A stretch of 64,000 nt of DNA from positions 23,354 to 87,353 of the IMG/VR virus record IMGVR_UViG_3300049460_000371, one strand, 5' to 3'. Below, piece by piece: positions 9,043 to 19,961 of this stretch. The DNA is from a virus. Positions within the stretch are counted from its first letter, which is position 1; each line of letters starts with the position of its first letter. The notes below the pieces were generated by a model, which searched no databases, was not told the DNA's origin, and saw only the letters and a program-made list of their open reading frames with translations. Made by a program: the position numbers and the translations under genes.

Positions 9043-10065
9043 ATGCTACTGCTTACCCGCCAACAATTCAATGACGCTGTATTCCAGCGCGACAAACACA
9101 AGTGCGTCGTGTGCGGGGCAACGAACGACTTGGCTGCCCACCACATTCTCGAGCGTCGTCTGTTTGACGATGGCGGGTACTATGTGGAAAACGGTGCTAC
9201 TGTCTGCCCTGAACATCACATGGAAGCAGAGATGACGACGCTGAGCGTGAAGAAAATTCGCGAACTGTGTGGGATCACCAATCCCGTTATGCCAGAGCAT
9301 TTTTACGTAGACGACGAGTACGATAAGTGGGGCAACACCATATTACCAAATGGTTCCCGCACTCGCGGCGAGCTATTTGAAGAAGAGCCTGTGCAGAAAA
9401 TGCTGAAAGCTGCTGGTGTCCTGGATAGTTTCCTGGAGATAGTCAAGTATTGCCGTACGTTCCACGCTACGTGGTCCCCTGGTTGTGAGGGCGATGACAA
9501 GATGCACAAGGCCATGACACAGTTTGTGGGCAAAGAATGTTACGCGTCGCAGAAACGTGATGGCGAAACCACAGCCTTGTATCCTAATAACTTCCATGCT
9601 CGTTCACTGGATGGTCGGCATCATCCAAGCCGCGACTGGGCAAAAGCGCTGTGGGGTCGTATTCGCTTTGACATTCCAGAAGGCTGGCGTATCAATGGCG
9701 AAAACTTGTACGCCCAGCATTCGATCGGCTACGATGACTTGACTTCGTACTTCGAGGTCTTCAGTATCTGGGACGAAAATAATCGCCGTTTGCCACTGGA
9801 TGACCAGTTGGAATGGTGCGAAATCTTGGGGCTGACTCATGTGCCAGTTGTATGGCGTGGCATTTACGACGAAGATGCCCTTAAAGCATTGCCAGTGACC
9901 TTGGGCTGGGATATGACCAAAGTTGAAGGCTATGTGATTTCGTTGGTCGAATCGTATCACTTCAGCCAAGCGCGTAAGAACCTGGCTAAGTACGTTCGCA
10001 AAAATCATGTACAGACAGGTGATCACTGGATGTTCCAGGCCATCACCCCGAACAAACTGAAATGA
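9043..10065 (+). CDS. HNH-nuclease domain fused to ATP-dependent RNA ligase
   Basis: N-term RDKHKCVVCG..AHHI..NGATVCPEHH; ligase motifs KRDGE, NGENLY, FEVFSI, EGYVI, KYVR. Confidence 0.8.
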   Translation: MLLLTRQQFNDAVFQRDKHKCVVCGATNDLAAHHILERRLFDDGGYYVENGATVCPEHHMEAEMTTLSVKKIRELCGITNPVMPEHFYVDDEYDKWGNTILPNGSRTRGELFEEEPVQKMLKAAGVLDSFLEIVKYCRTFHATWSPGCEGDDKMHKAMTQFVGKECYASQKRDGETTALYPNNFHARSLDGRHHPSRDWAKALWGRIRFDIPEGWRINGENLYAQHSIGYDDLTSYFEVFSIWDENNRRLPLDDQLEWCEILGLTHVPVVWRGIYDEDALKALPVTLGWDMTKVEGYVISLVESYHFSQARKNLAKYVRKNHVQTGDHWMFQAITPNKLK

Positions 10066-10296
10066 GGAGGCAACATGGCAACACCACGCATTCTCCCTGA
10101 AGCATACAAGGATTACGAAAACAAGTTCAGCATGGCCTCCATGCGCGGCTCCAACCGCATGGACCTGTGGTGTGTCGTAAAGGGCACGGTTGCGTCGTAC
10201 AAGACAGAACTGAACGGCAAGACGCTCTACGACGGCCCCGACAGCGAAGCAGCGGCAATCGCTTACCGTGACGCCAAACTGACGACCGCATAAGGA

Positions 10297-10752
10297 GTGA
10301 CCATGAATAAGAAACCACTCGGCACAGTTGAAGGCCGTCCCGTATACCCGGGCGACAAACTCTACGTGGACATCCGCAACACCTGCGCTACCGAATGGGG
10401 CGACGGTCAGATCGCTTCTATGGGGGCCAATGAAGGCCAGGGTGCGATGATCATCTTCGAAGATGGTGACTATCGCATGTGCGATCGCCTCGTCTGGGAA
10501 CCAAAGCCGTTGCCAGTTCCAGAACCAACGGCAAAAGCCCCAGAAGCCCCGCCGTTCGTCTTGCAAGCATACCAAAACCCGGCCAACTACTCCAAGGAAG
10601 AGTTGATGAAAATCCTGACGGCATTCTTCGACATCGCCGACGGCATTCAAGAACACGAGTTTGTTGAACACACGGGCGATAGCTGCTTGGCGTCGCAAGT
10701 CAACTACGGCGAAGCTCGCAAGCTGGTTTGCGACAAACGCTGGGGCCGCTAA
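10297..10752 (+). CDS. hypothetical protein
   Basis: AAGGAG RBS. Confidence 0.55.
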   Translation: MTMNKKPLGTVEGRPVYPGDKLYVDIRNTCATEWGDGQIASMGANEGQGAMIIFEDGDYRMCDRLVWEPKPLPVPEPTAKAPEAPPFVLQAYQNPANYSKEELMKILTAFFDIADGIQEHEFVEHTGDSCLASQVNYGEARKLVCDKRWGR

Positions 10753-10780
10753 TCTTTCATTTTGACGAGAAGATTCACTG

Positions 10781-11320
10781 ATGACTACCCTGATTGAAAA
10801 GGTGTTCGGTCCTATTGGGCAAACGCAATATCGAGCCGGTTTTCATTGGGATGGTGATCCAGCGGTAGTCCAGCAGATTTACGATTCGGCCATGGAGATG
10901 GGATTCCGAAAGATGATGTACTACGATTACGGAGATCACGCCGAGTGGCTGATTCAAGCCAAAGATGAAGAAATGGAGGCACTGTTCCGATTGACGTGGC
11001 ACGACGAGATTGATGTGGTACGGTTCGAACATGACAAGAAGATCAAGTTCCCTCCAGACTGGATCACCAAGTTGCTCTACTATACGGTCAAGTATGGCGA
11101 ACGTAATTTTCCACTCATGTTAATATTGCTGATCCTGTTCGCAATCAGCCCGGTGCTTCTATCAAAGTTACTCGATATACCAAGGCTGATGTGGGGAACA
11201 ATGGTTGTGGTCGGGCTGATGACTTCACTGGCCTTCATTCGGGTATACGATGACATGCGGATCCAAAAACATGAACGCAAGCTGTTCCACCGCGGGGGCG
11301 GGTTGCATGAAGAGTTCTAG
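10781..11320 (+). CDS. membrane protein with internal FRLTW family motif
   Basis: DEEMEALFRLTW plus two TM segments. Confidence 0.55.
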   Translation: MTTLIEKVFGPIGQTQYRAGFHWDGDPAVVQQIYDSAMEMGFRKMMYYDYGDHAEWLIQAKDEEMEALFRLTWHDEIDVVRFEHDKKIKFPPDWITKLLYYTVKYGERNFPLMLILLILFAISPVLLSKLLDIPRLMWGTMVVVGLMTSLAFIRVYDDMRIQKHERKLFHRGGGLHEEF

Positions 11321-11934
11321 CGTCGACCGATAACCATGTAGCGAGTGTACATGGGGAAAACTAGTTCACCAGCATACAAGGTCTCTGACAAGTTCAGAGA
11401 CCTTTCTAATTCCGCAGCAGAATCGACACAGTTGACATGGTCCAGTACATGCCGGGCATTATTGCTCTGGGCCACGATAAGCGTGCCAGCGTCGATTAAA
11501 TCAATCCAAGACGAGGTATCACTGATATGCTCCATTGAGGTATTGACTACACAGTCGTATCCCGCATAATCAAATTTGTACATATCTGAATGAATCGCCG
11601 TACCTGTCCCGGCGAGCACCAGATTTGCGATTGTGGTGGATGATTCACTTATGTCGAGACTATCAGCCTTGAATAATGGGCACGTTTCATTGATGGCTCT
11701 TGCCAACAAACCTATCCACCCACCCACCACAATGAAACGAGCCCTATGGGCTGGCAATACTTCAAGTAATTTGTTCAAGAGCCATTTCTTGCTCATAAGC
11801 TGTCCACTACTAAGTGCATCACGCATTTCTTCCTTCGTGACAGCATTGAAGGCCACCGGGTCATATAGGGCATTGGTGAAACCAATGATTGCGCGGTCGA
11901 TGGGTGAAAGGCTATTAATCAAGTTTTCGTTCAT
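11317..11934 (-). CDS. class I SAM-dependent methyltransferase
   Basis: VVGGWIG motif I, SLDIS, VVNTSMEH. Confidence 0.7.
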   Translation of the reverse strand: MNENLINSLSPIDRAIIGFTNALYDPVAFNAVTKEEMRDALSSGQLMSKKWLLNKLLEVLPAHRARFIVVGGWIGLLARAINETCPLFKADSLDISESSTTIANLVLAGTGTAIHSDMYKFDYAGYDCVVNTSMEHISDTSSWIDLIDAGTLIVAQSNNARHVLDHVNCVDSAAELERSLNLSETLYAGELVFPMYTRYMVIGRR

Positions 11935-12263
11935 GTTTATGGTCTCAAATGTGTTAATATTTAGCCCTCACATTGGAGCATATTCATGGCAATTGCTTTA
12001 TATAAAGTTCACGTTGAAGAATTGGTATTCCCATACAGACGCGAACTGATTGATACATTCCCAATGTCACAGCAAAATGATGTAATGCGTTTCGTGGAAG
12101 TTTTCAACAACGCACGAGGCCATATTTGGTCCTTCAAGCTGGAAGCATTGTTTGATAAGACCATGGAAGAGCCACACGCCAAAATAATTGGCAATGTTCA
12201 TTTGACTTGACCATTTAACCAAATGAATGTATCCTGGAGTTAATATGAACTTCGGGATATATC

Positions 12264-12908
12264 ATGCAACGTGGCTTCAACATCAGTACGCGCACGGCGT
12301 GCATCATTGGTGGATTGGTAATTGGTGCAGTCCTGTTTGACTCCTACCAGGAGCGTCAACTGGTTCGTGAACGTCTGGATGTAGTTGAACAGCAGACCAA
12401 ACAAACCGCTGCGGACATTCAGGAAATCAAGGATGTCCTGATCCATTCGGCCGAACGTATCACCTATACCCAAGACGACGAAAAATGCTTGGCCAAAAAC
12501 ATCTATCATGAAGCCGGGGTAGAATCCAAAGTTGGCAAAGTTGCAGTCGGTCAAGTTACCATCAATCGTCTGAAGACCGGTCGTTGGGGTGACAACATTT
12601 GCGACGTCGTGTACGCAAAAGAACAATTCAGCTGGACATTGAGCAAGAAGCTCAAAAACGAAGAACCAAAAGGTCAATTGTGGGAAGATAGTTTGCGTGT
12701 CACCGCACAAGTGCTGGCAGGTCTTCGTGTAAAGTCGTTGACTGACAGTCTGTTCTACCATACTGATTACATCAGCCTGCCAGCCTGGGTTGAGCCATCG
12801 GCATTGATCACCCAGATTGACCAGCACAAGTTCTACACGAAAGCTAAATTCGTGCTGAAGAAAAAGAAACCGAAGGAAAAACGCAAACATCGCCGCGTTA
12901 ATACTTGA
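12264..12908 (+). CDS. SleB-like cell wall hydrolase (Hydrolase_2)
   Basis: CLAKNIYHEAG..GKVAVGQVTINR..ICDVVY..QFSW..FYHTDY..HKFY. Confidence 0.9.
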   Translation: MQRGFNISTRTACIIGGLVIGAVLFDSYQERQLVRERLDVVEQQTKQTAADIQEIKDVLIHSAERITYTQDDEKCLAKNIYHEAGVESKVGKVAVGQVTINRLKTGRWGDNICDVVYAKEQFSWTLSKKLKNEEPKGQLWEDSLRVTAQVLAGLRVKSLTDSLFYHTDYISLPAWVEPSALITQIDQHKFYTKAKFVLKKKKPKEKRKHRRVNT

Positions 12909-12933
12909 TTGTTTATTCATTTGAACCTATAAT
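12905..12933 (+). promoter_or_regulatory. sigma70-like promoter, palindrome family
   Basis: TTGATT-gtttattcatttgaacc-TATAAT. Confidence 0.75.
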
Positions 12934-12959
12934 AGGAACATCTGAACAAGGAGAACATC

Positions 12960-13199
12960 ATGGCAACTGAACGCACCTACTGGTCCGCCCCCGTAAACGA
13001 CTGTGATGTATGCACCGCCCCAATTGGCGATGACCTGTACGATATGAAGACCAAGCAAGGTCCATGGGCTACGATGTGCAATCGCTGCGCTCTGCATGGC
13101 ATGGGCATCGGTCGCCTGGGCCTTGGTCTGGGCCAGCACTATCACAAAGAGGCTGATGGCAAATACTATCTGGTGTCAGGCATGGAAGACACCAACTAA
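12960..13199 (+). CDS. small Zn-finger-like protein
   Basis: CDVC...WATMCNRC. Confidence 0.6.
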   Translation: MATERTYWSAPVNDCDVCTAPIGDDLYDMKTKQGPWATMCNRCALHGMGIGRLGLGLGQHYHKEADGKYYLVSGMEDTN

Positions 13200-13281
13200 A
13201 TGTGAAAAACTGGCAATTGCTTAAATGAGCTTGCCAGTTAATAATTCGATCGCTGTTTTTACAAACCTAACGGGGATCGAA

Positions 13282-13950
13282 ATGACATTTATTAACGAAG
13301 GCATTGCCTTAATCTTGGGCGGCATGTTGTTCTGGCCGCTCGTTGCAGTTCTGTTCTTTGGCTTCTGGGCACTCTCGGAAAACAACTGGAACATCACCGG
13401 TGTTTTGGCACTGGCCGCGTTGGTCTTCCTGACCAATGAACAATACCACTACCTGGGCTTCTTCAGCACCTGGTACAACGTTGTCGGTTTCATTGTCGGC
13501 TACGCAATCCTTGGTGGCCTGTACTCGTTCTTGCGCTGGTACCTGTACTTGCGTGCAATCCAGAACAAGTTCATCGAACTGCGTGATGCATTCATCCTGC
13601 AATACAACCTGGCAACCGACTTCTTCCGTCAAGACTATGCAGCTGGTACCAAGGAAGCTGCTCGTCAACAAGAGTTCATCGGCAAATTCTACTACGGTGG
13701 CGATGCACGTGGCTTCAACAGTGTGCCAAAAGAAGTCAACACCATGGGTGACCTGATCAAGTACGTGACTCCAGTCGCAAGCAAGAACAAAGTGATCATC
13801 ATCCAGCGTATCACTTACTGGCCGACTTCGCTGCTGTGGTTCGCGATCAGCGACGTGGTCCGTGAAGCTGCTGAAACCGTGTACCGCGTAATCGGCGGCA
13901 ACTACCAGAAGCTGGCGAACAGCATGTTCAACGCCAAAGAAATCCTGTAA
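13282..13950 (+). CDS. membrane protein
   Basis: 3-4 hydrophobic segments. Confidence 0.65.
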   Translation: MTFINEGIALILGGMLFWPLVAVLFFGFWALSENNWNITGVLALAALVFLTNEQYHYLGFFSTWYNVVGFIVGYAILGGLYSFLRWYLYLRAIQNKFIELRDAFILQYNLATDFFRQDYAAGTKEAARQQEFIGKFYYGGDARGFNSVPKEVNTMGDLIKYVTPVASKNKVIIIQRITYWPTSLLWFAISDVVREAAETVYRVIGGNYQKLANSMFNAKEIL

Positions 13951-13965
13951 CGGTTTCGAAGCGGC

Positions 13966-13993
13966 AAAAAGCCCGGGACGTCCCGGGCTTTTT
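13966..13993. terminator. bidirectional intrinsic terminator
   Basis: AAAAAGCCCGGGACGTCCCGGGCTTTTT. Confidence 0.85.
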
Positions 13994-14060
13994 CATTTGG
14001 AATTCGCTTGAGTGGATCAACTTTTTCAGTTACCATTTAGACAAATGAAAGGGATACATC

Positions 14061-14789
14061 ATGTCTACCAAAATCATCGTACCTGAAGTAGAAATCCTGA
14101 CCCCAGAGCAGCTCGCACAACGCGAAGCCAATATGGCGACCTTCAAGAAGGCTACCGCCGCTCTGCGCTATCGTCTGCTGGGCTTGGCCAAGCATGACAA
14201 AGAATGGTACCGTGCGCTGAAGGCCCTGGAGTTCAATCTGGCCTATCATCCAGGTTGGCGCAAAGACAAGGTGACCCCGGCTGCAATGCACCAGATCACC
14301 ATCGCCAACCAGTGTCTGACCTTCATCTCGGATCTGATCGATCCTATCCGTACTGTCATCGCGGCACTGTCGCATGACACCCCAGAAGACACGCACGTCA
14401 GTCACGCCGAGATCCGTGACAACTTCGGCAGCGAGTCCGAAGAAGACGTAGAGCTGCTGACCAAGAAGTACCGTGGCGTCAGCAAAGATACCGACGAATA
14501 TCACTTCGGCTGGTCCGATAATTTCGTGACCTCGGTAGTCAAACCTATCGACCGCGACGATAACATCAGCAGCATGGGCGGCGTATTCGGCCTCGAGAAG
14601 CAAATTCACTACTGCGGTGAAACGGTCAAATACTTCGTGGGTTCGGCACCTGATGGCGTTGCCCGTGGCCTCAAACATTCGCGCCGCAAGTTCCCGCAAC
14701 AAGAAACCATCTACGAGAACATGAAGCTGAGCCTGGTACGCGGCATGCGTCCATATCAACGCAACAATGCACTGGGGATCGCACTATGA
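14061..14789 (+). CDS. HD-domain (p)ppGpp hydrolase-like (SpoT/Mesh1 family)
   Basis: YHPGWRKD..P...H, ALSHDTPEDT, VELLTK, VKPIDRDDN. Confidence 0.7.
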   Translation: MSTKIIVPEVEILTPEQLAQREANMATFKKATAALRYRLLGLAKHDKEWYRALKALEFNLAYHPGWRKDKVTPAAMHQITIANQCLTFISDLIDPIRTVIAALSHDTPEDTHVSHAEIRDNFGSESEEDVELLTKKYRGVSKDTDEYHFGWSDNFVTSVVKPIDRDDNISSMGGVFGLEKQIHYCGETVKYFVGSAPDGVARGLKHSRRKFPQQETIYENMKLSLVRGMRPYQRNNALGIAL

Positions 14790-15145
14790 GTCTCGGTGGC
14801 GGTGGTTTCTCTAATGGCATGGCGGTCGTCTCGTATTTGTTCTTCGGGACAATTGCCGCCATGGCCCTTGCCGGTTTGTATTTTCTGATGACACTGGCGG
14901 TACCCACGTCGCCAGTGCCGACAGCGAAAGTCGAACCTTCGCGCTTGGCGTGCCAGCATAATCTGTTGTTCAGCCAAGCACGAGATGGTGCTCTGAAACA
15001 AATCATTGATGAAAACGGTCATGGCATTCCATGTAAGACAGGACCATAGCTGACATCCAGGTTATTGAGTATTTGGTGCCAATTAGTAATATGATGGGGA
15101 GCAACTGCTCTCCATTTTTACGACAATCAACCAATAAAAGAATAC

Positions 15146-15529
15146 ATGAACGTCACTCTCACTCACGGCAAACAACTCGCACAAGCACGTAAAGTCTACA
15201 CTCTCACGCTGGAATTCATGCACGGAGATGCCGACGGCGACACCTTCAAGGTCCACACCTATTCTGAAGCAAAAGTCGACAATCTTAAGCGTGACCTGAT
15301 TGGCGTCAATGTCATGCGTTACAACGATAATTTCGACTCGGATGATTTCGCCAAAGCATTCGAATCCCATGGCGTTGAAAATGCAGAAAAAGTTGGTGAA
15401 CTCGTTTACGAAAACATGACCGAATACGACATCCATTGGGAAGGTGAAAAGGCACGTCTGCGTGGGGTGAAGTTGATCTATACCGACGAACACGGCGTTG
15501 ATTTCGATGTGTCGTATACCGTAGGTTAA
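15146..15529 (+). CDS. hypothetical protein
   Basis: ORF with phage codon usage. Confidence 0.55.
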   Translation: MNVTLTHGKQLAQARKVYTLTLEFMHGDADGDTFKVHTYSEAKVDNLKRDLIGVNVMRYNDNFDSDDFAKAFESHGVENAEKVGELVYENMTEYDIHWEGEKARLRGVKLIYTDEHGVDFDVSYTVG

Positions 15530-15627
15530 ACGGTAACACTTCGGTAATATGGTCCCACCTGGGACCATTGCTTCATTGTAACTAGTTTTAATAAATAACC
15601 GCATGGAACATTGGGAGTTCACCGAAC

Positions 15628-16434
15628 ATGCGTTTAAATGACTTTTTCAAAACTGAGCGTGCGATACAGCACCTAGCCGAAGATGTGGGAATGACTGGTA
15701 AGCTACCAGATACACCAGACATGAAATATATGGCTCGACTCAAAGACTTGTTCAAAGTTGATGGCGAGACCCCGCAACTCACCGTAAGCAAAGTAATCCA
15801 TATGATCATGGATCGCCCTGCTTCACGAACAACCCGCATTTACATGAACGATGTATTGCAAGGTGCCACAAAAGCTGGTATCCGTATTGAACCAGCTCTG
15901 CGACAGCACGCAGAAGAATATCTGGATGAAGGCGTGATTCCAACCATCAAGCCACTCACAGAAGACATTGATGTAGACGGCATCAGTATTCTAAATGGCG
16001 TCACATATGATCAATTGACCGGAGCTGGTGCCGTACCATATAACCGTGAGATTGAGACATTTGGCGTTGGCGTATTGATGAAACCAAGTGTGTACCTGAG
16101 TCTCGTTTTACCATTACGTGGCAATGAACCAACTTCTCAAGTTAGTGCGGCAGTGGGACAAGAACGTCCAATTGCTTCGCCATGGTTGGCATTGAAATTT
16201 GGTGATAACAATGGTGCATTGGCTGTTGAGGAATCTAAAATCCTGAGTCATCAAGGTCGTCATCGTGCAAAGCAGATTATGGAAAAATATGGCGATGTGG
16301 AAATGCTGGTCCACTTAATCTATATTGGTGCTCGTCCTCGTCAAGTACCTGATGCGATATTGGAAGAAATAAACCAAGGCGTGATCAACGAGTCAGGTAA
16401 TTTCATTCACGGCCCATTCTGGGTTAAAGTATAA
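15628..16434 (+). CDS. hypothetical protein, possible ParB/Srx-like C-terminal domain
   Basis: ILSHQGRHRA resembles the ParB-N GxHR motif; TAAATA upstream. Confidence 0.5.
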   Translation: MRLNDFFKTERAIQHLAEDVGMTGKLPDTPDMKYMARLKDLFKVDGETPQLTVSKVIHMIMDRPASRTTRIYMNDVLQGATKAGIRIEPALRQHAEEYLDEGVIPTIKPLTEDIDVDGISILNGVTYDQLTGAGAVPYNREIETFGVGVLMKPSVYLSLVLPLRGNEPTSQVSAAVGQERPIASPWLALKFGDNNGALAVEESKILSHQGRHRAKQIMEKYGDVEMLVHLIYIGARPRQVPDAILEEINQGVINESGNFIHGPFWVKV

Positions 16435-16471
16435 AGTTGACTTCTTATTCATTTAAGCCTATAATAGGAAC

Positions 16472-16861
16472 ATGATGAAAAAGGAGGGCAACATGGTTAA
16501 ACAGCAAAATCCAGTTCGCGTTCTTAGCAAACCAATCTACGGTCGTGGTATCGCATATTACGTATACGAATATGCGTACCGATTTACTGGTGGCGCCAAT
16601 GCAAAATTGGAGCTCTTCCATGCCCCACGTGGCCCAGAGGCAGATAATACGCTCGTCACAACTACGGAATTCATCCGTGAATTCAAGGTAGGCGATCGTA
16701 TTGCATGTTCAGCTACCAGCAACGACAAACACTGCACCATCATCCGCATCACTCCCAAAACTATCTGGACCGATTCCATGGAACACGACTGGACTGGTTC
16801 TCCCCTGAACAAGCTTCACATTAGCGAATTCTGTGAGATGAACTTGCCCAAGAAAGCTTGA
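16472..16861 (+). CDS. hypothetical protein
   Basis: downstream of promoter 16437-16465. Confidence 0.55.
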   Translation: MMKKEGNMVKQQNPVRVLSKPIYGRGIAYYVYEYAYRFTGGANAKLELFHAPRGPEADNTLVTTTEFIREFKVGDRIACSATSNDKHCTIIRITPKTIWTDSMEHDWTGSPLNKLHISEFCEMNLPKKA

Positions 16862-17416
16862 TCCCAAGGCAATATGGTTATACCATTGACGTTTCGTGGG
16901 GATCATATGCGCCTTGAAGCTGACTATGCGGTGCCGCTCTATCTTGCGTTAGACCGCAAAATTATAGGGAATACCCTCGCCTCGTTCGAGCCCTTCGGGG
17001 CAAATGATAACACAGCACACTATCTGAAAACTTGGCTGCTGTATTGCTGCCGAGTTGTTCAAGATCCGTTCGACCAAGATATCAAAGACATAAACGATCG
17101 CATCGCTGCGCACTTGGGTAATCCAAAATTGCCCATCATTCCTCTGTTCAGTTATCATGACTCGACGGTGGCCCGCCCAATGGCCACCAAGATGCTCGAA
17201 CGCATATGTTTCTCTCCCATAACATCTGAATACCAGAAGCCGGAAATTGGTGCCTATGTGATCTTCAATGGTACACTAGCTGTCATCAAGAATGAATGGC
17301 TAGCAGTAGCACGACAATCCATGATAAACGAATTAGTTAAAGGTTTGTCATCAGATTAGTTGATTTTTAGTTCATTTGAACATATACTGTCCTTATTGTG
17401 AACTGAAAGGAACAGC

Positions 17417-17809
17417 ATGCTGAACACTCCAGTCCAAGCAGTAATGACCAAAGCCCGTAAATCGCGCGGCATGGAATATCCGCCAAGCCAAACTGGCTAC
17501 CACATCCGTGTGGAAGGCAAGGGCAAGAATGCCAAGCTGGATGTTCTGAAAATGAATGACACGACTAAGCAGGTTGAATACTGCCAGTCGTTCAAGGTCG
17601 GCGACACGGCGGAACATGGTTCCTACAACCTCAAATACATGGGTACGATCACCGCCATCACTGAGAAAACGGTAACGGTGACCGACTTCGTGAACAAATT
17701 CGACGGACGTGTTCATCGCATGGATATGCACACGTTCTGCTGGCGAAATCATGACCTGAACGTCGCCGAAAACATCAAGCAAAATCAAGAAACTTCCTGG
17801 AACCTCTAA
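17417..17809 (+). CDS. hypothetical protein
   Basis: downstream of promoter 17360-17388. Confidence 0.6.
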   Translation: MLNTPVQAVMTKARKSRGMEYPPSQTGYHIRVEGKGKNAKLDVLKMNDTTKQVEYCQSFKVGDTAEHGSYNLKYMGTITAITEKTVTVTDFVNKFDGRVHRMDMHTFCWRNHDLNVAENIKQNQETSWNL

Positions 17810-18249
17810 GGAGCAATCATGGTAGGACTCGCACAAGCTGCTTACGTGTTGATCACCAATCAACATAACAAACCACAAGCCCAAGACCATAGCGGCAACG
17901 ACATCTGCGAAGGTTGTGGTTGTCTGGGCCATACCAATACTGGCGATGGCACCTACTGCCCAGACTACCAGGATGACGTGATGGCAGATTGCCGTTGCAT
18001 GTACGGAGACTAATATGGAACGTGCAATGACTCCTCGCGAACTCCGTGCAGCAGTGATCGATACCCTGGCCTTCTTGGGCGTGATTGCCCTGGCCATTGG
18101 AGCGCCGTTTATCTTCCAGGCATTCGGGCTGCACCTCAGCTAACAAACGACGACCCATGACGTCTCCTGACGTCCAGTGATGTGCCATGTTATCTTTGTG
18201 ATACTGGCACGTCATTGTATTATGGCAACAACTTTTTACCATCGTTGCC

Positions 18250-18738
18250 ATGACTATCCCATCTATCTCAACCGCATCAAGCATTCAATGGGGAGCATTC
18301 TCCAAAGCTATTCACGACTATACTGAATTGCTCAAAGGGATTAAGCCCGGCCAATTGACACATTTTATAATGCCACGTCAAACTGGCAAGTCTACGCTCA
18401 TGCAAGCATATTCGCGTGGGTTTTTAGACAAAGTGGATATCCCCGCACGTCGTGGGCGTAAAGGCAAACCTCATTGGCGCTATTTCAGAGCCTTACGTCA
18501 TGACCGGGCATGGTCCACACAATGGGCCAATATCGTCAAGGTCTATGAAAATCATATATCTGAGAACGATTCAGATTATAAGTTCTGGTATTTTATCGAT
18601 GAACGGAAATTGGCTGAATGGCTGCGACCACAGTTGATTAACTGCACGATAAGATTCGATCCCCAATATAACAAACGCATCGCCGTTGATTTCGACGACG
18701 AAGCTGCAAGAACCACCTTTTACCTGCAATGGGCATAA
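18250..18738 (+). CDS. hypothetical protein, C-terminal FxL family
   Basis: ends VDFDDEAARTTFYLQWA. Confidence 0.55.
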   Translation: MTIPSISTASSIQWGAFSKAIHDYTELLKGIKPGQLTHFIMPRQTGKSTLMQAYSRGFLDKVDIPARRGRKGKPHWRYFRALRHDRAWSTQWANIVKVYENHISENDSDYKFWYFIDERKLAEWLRPQLINCTIRFDPQYNKRIAVDFDDEAARTTFYLQWA

Positions 18739-18744
18739 AATAAA

Positions 18745-19350
18745 ATGAACAAACCCAATCTCGTACTGATGCGCCATGGTCAATCACTTACCAATTCTGG
18801 TACGGTCGTCCATAACGAACGCCAAAACATTCTTACCCCAAAGGGCATCTCGGATAATATTCGCCTAGCTAATACTTTCCGTCATGTTTTTCCTGACCTG
18901 CAATTCGATCATTCGTTTGTGTCGCCCTTACCGCGTGCGATGCAAACTCACTTCAACTTCCTGAGCACGATTGAGAACCGTGCAATCGATACCGAAATCG
19001 AAGAACGCTTCATCGAACGCCATTTGGGGTTTGAAGGCTTTCTGACCATTCAGACCATGATTGCTCGCTATGGTCAGGACGTTGTCAATTCGTGGGAGTT
19101 GAATCCCGACGTGGCCCCTGGTACAAATGGCGAAGGCGGCGAGTCATTACGTGACGTATACGACCGCGTGGTGTTTGGCTACCAGGAGTTGATTGTTCCA
19201 CGCCTTCGTGATGGTCAAACTATTCTGCTCACAGCTCACTACTACGTGTTGAAAGTCCTGCAATCACATCTGCTGTACGGTGACGTATCAAAGGCCCCGC
19301 TGTTCGATCCGCGCAACTCTCTGCCAGTGCCATATAGGGTTGAGATCTGA
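18745..19350 (+). CDS. histidine phosphatase / phosphoglycerate mutase family
   Basis: LVLMRHGQS, SPLPRAMQT, ERHLG, GESLRDVYDRV, LLTAH. Confidence 0.85.
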   Translation: MNKPNLVLMRHGQSLTNSGTVVHNERQNILTPKGISDNIRLANTFRHVFPDLQFDHSFVSPLPRAMQTHFNFLSTIENRAIDTEIEERFIERHLGFEGFLTIQTMIARYGQDVVNSWELNPDVAPGTNGEGGESLRDVYDRVVFGYQELIVPRLRDGQTILLTAHYYVLKVLQSHLLYGDVSKAPLFDPRNSLPVPYRVEI

Positions 19351-19733
19351 AATGAATATACTCGCTCATTTCATGGCTTGGTGCAATCCAGTCGCCAAGC
19401 CCCCAAAATATTGGGTCAAGTTGGCACGTGGCACCATTAAAGCTCACGAGGAACGACCGTTTCCTGAGCAACCCAAGAACTTCAGTTTGGTCACAGATGC
19501 CCCCGAGATGCGATATCATGATGGTGTAACACCAGGCGGCATTGTGATACCACTGGATGAAGAAACTTGGAAGAAAATCATGGCCGATTATGGTTATGAC
19601 CTGAAGTAAAAAAGATTTGAAGGTGATTGATATTCTATTTTGACGTTCAACTTGTAATCATGCATCATACTGATATGGCGAAACAAAACGCCAAGCAAGT
19701 AGAAAACAAAAACAACAAACTGGAAAATCAATC

Positions 19734-19961
19734 ATGTCTAAAACTTTTGAACTCTCTGAACGTCAAGTAGAAGTAGTCCGTGCAATCCGCAAACTGCAAC
19801 GCTCCCTGCGTCGCGCCCCAACCCAACGTGCGGTTGCTCAAGAAATTGGTACCATCGGCCGTCGTGGCGTTTGTCACGTTATCGCCAACCTGGCACGTCA
19901 AGGCGCAGTTGATGTCTATGGCAAAACCACCGCCATCAAGTTTTACGACTTGAAAGCCTAA
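19734..19961 (+). CDS. LexA-N-terminal-like winged HTH DNA-binding protein
   Basis: LSERQVEVVRAI...APTQRAVAQEIG...GVCHVIANLARQGAV. Confidence 0.65.
   Translation: MSKTFELSERQVEVVRAIRKLQRSLRRAPTQRAVAQEIGTIGRRGVCHVIANLARQGAVDVYGKTTAIKFYDLKA

Noticed and set aside
18250-18738. PRQTGKST as a terminase or ATPase P-loop
   Set aside because: The protein is only 162 aa and shows no Walker B or rest of the domain.
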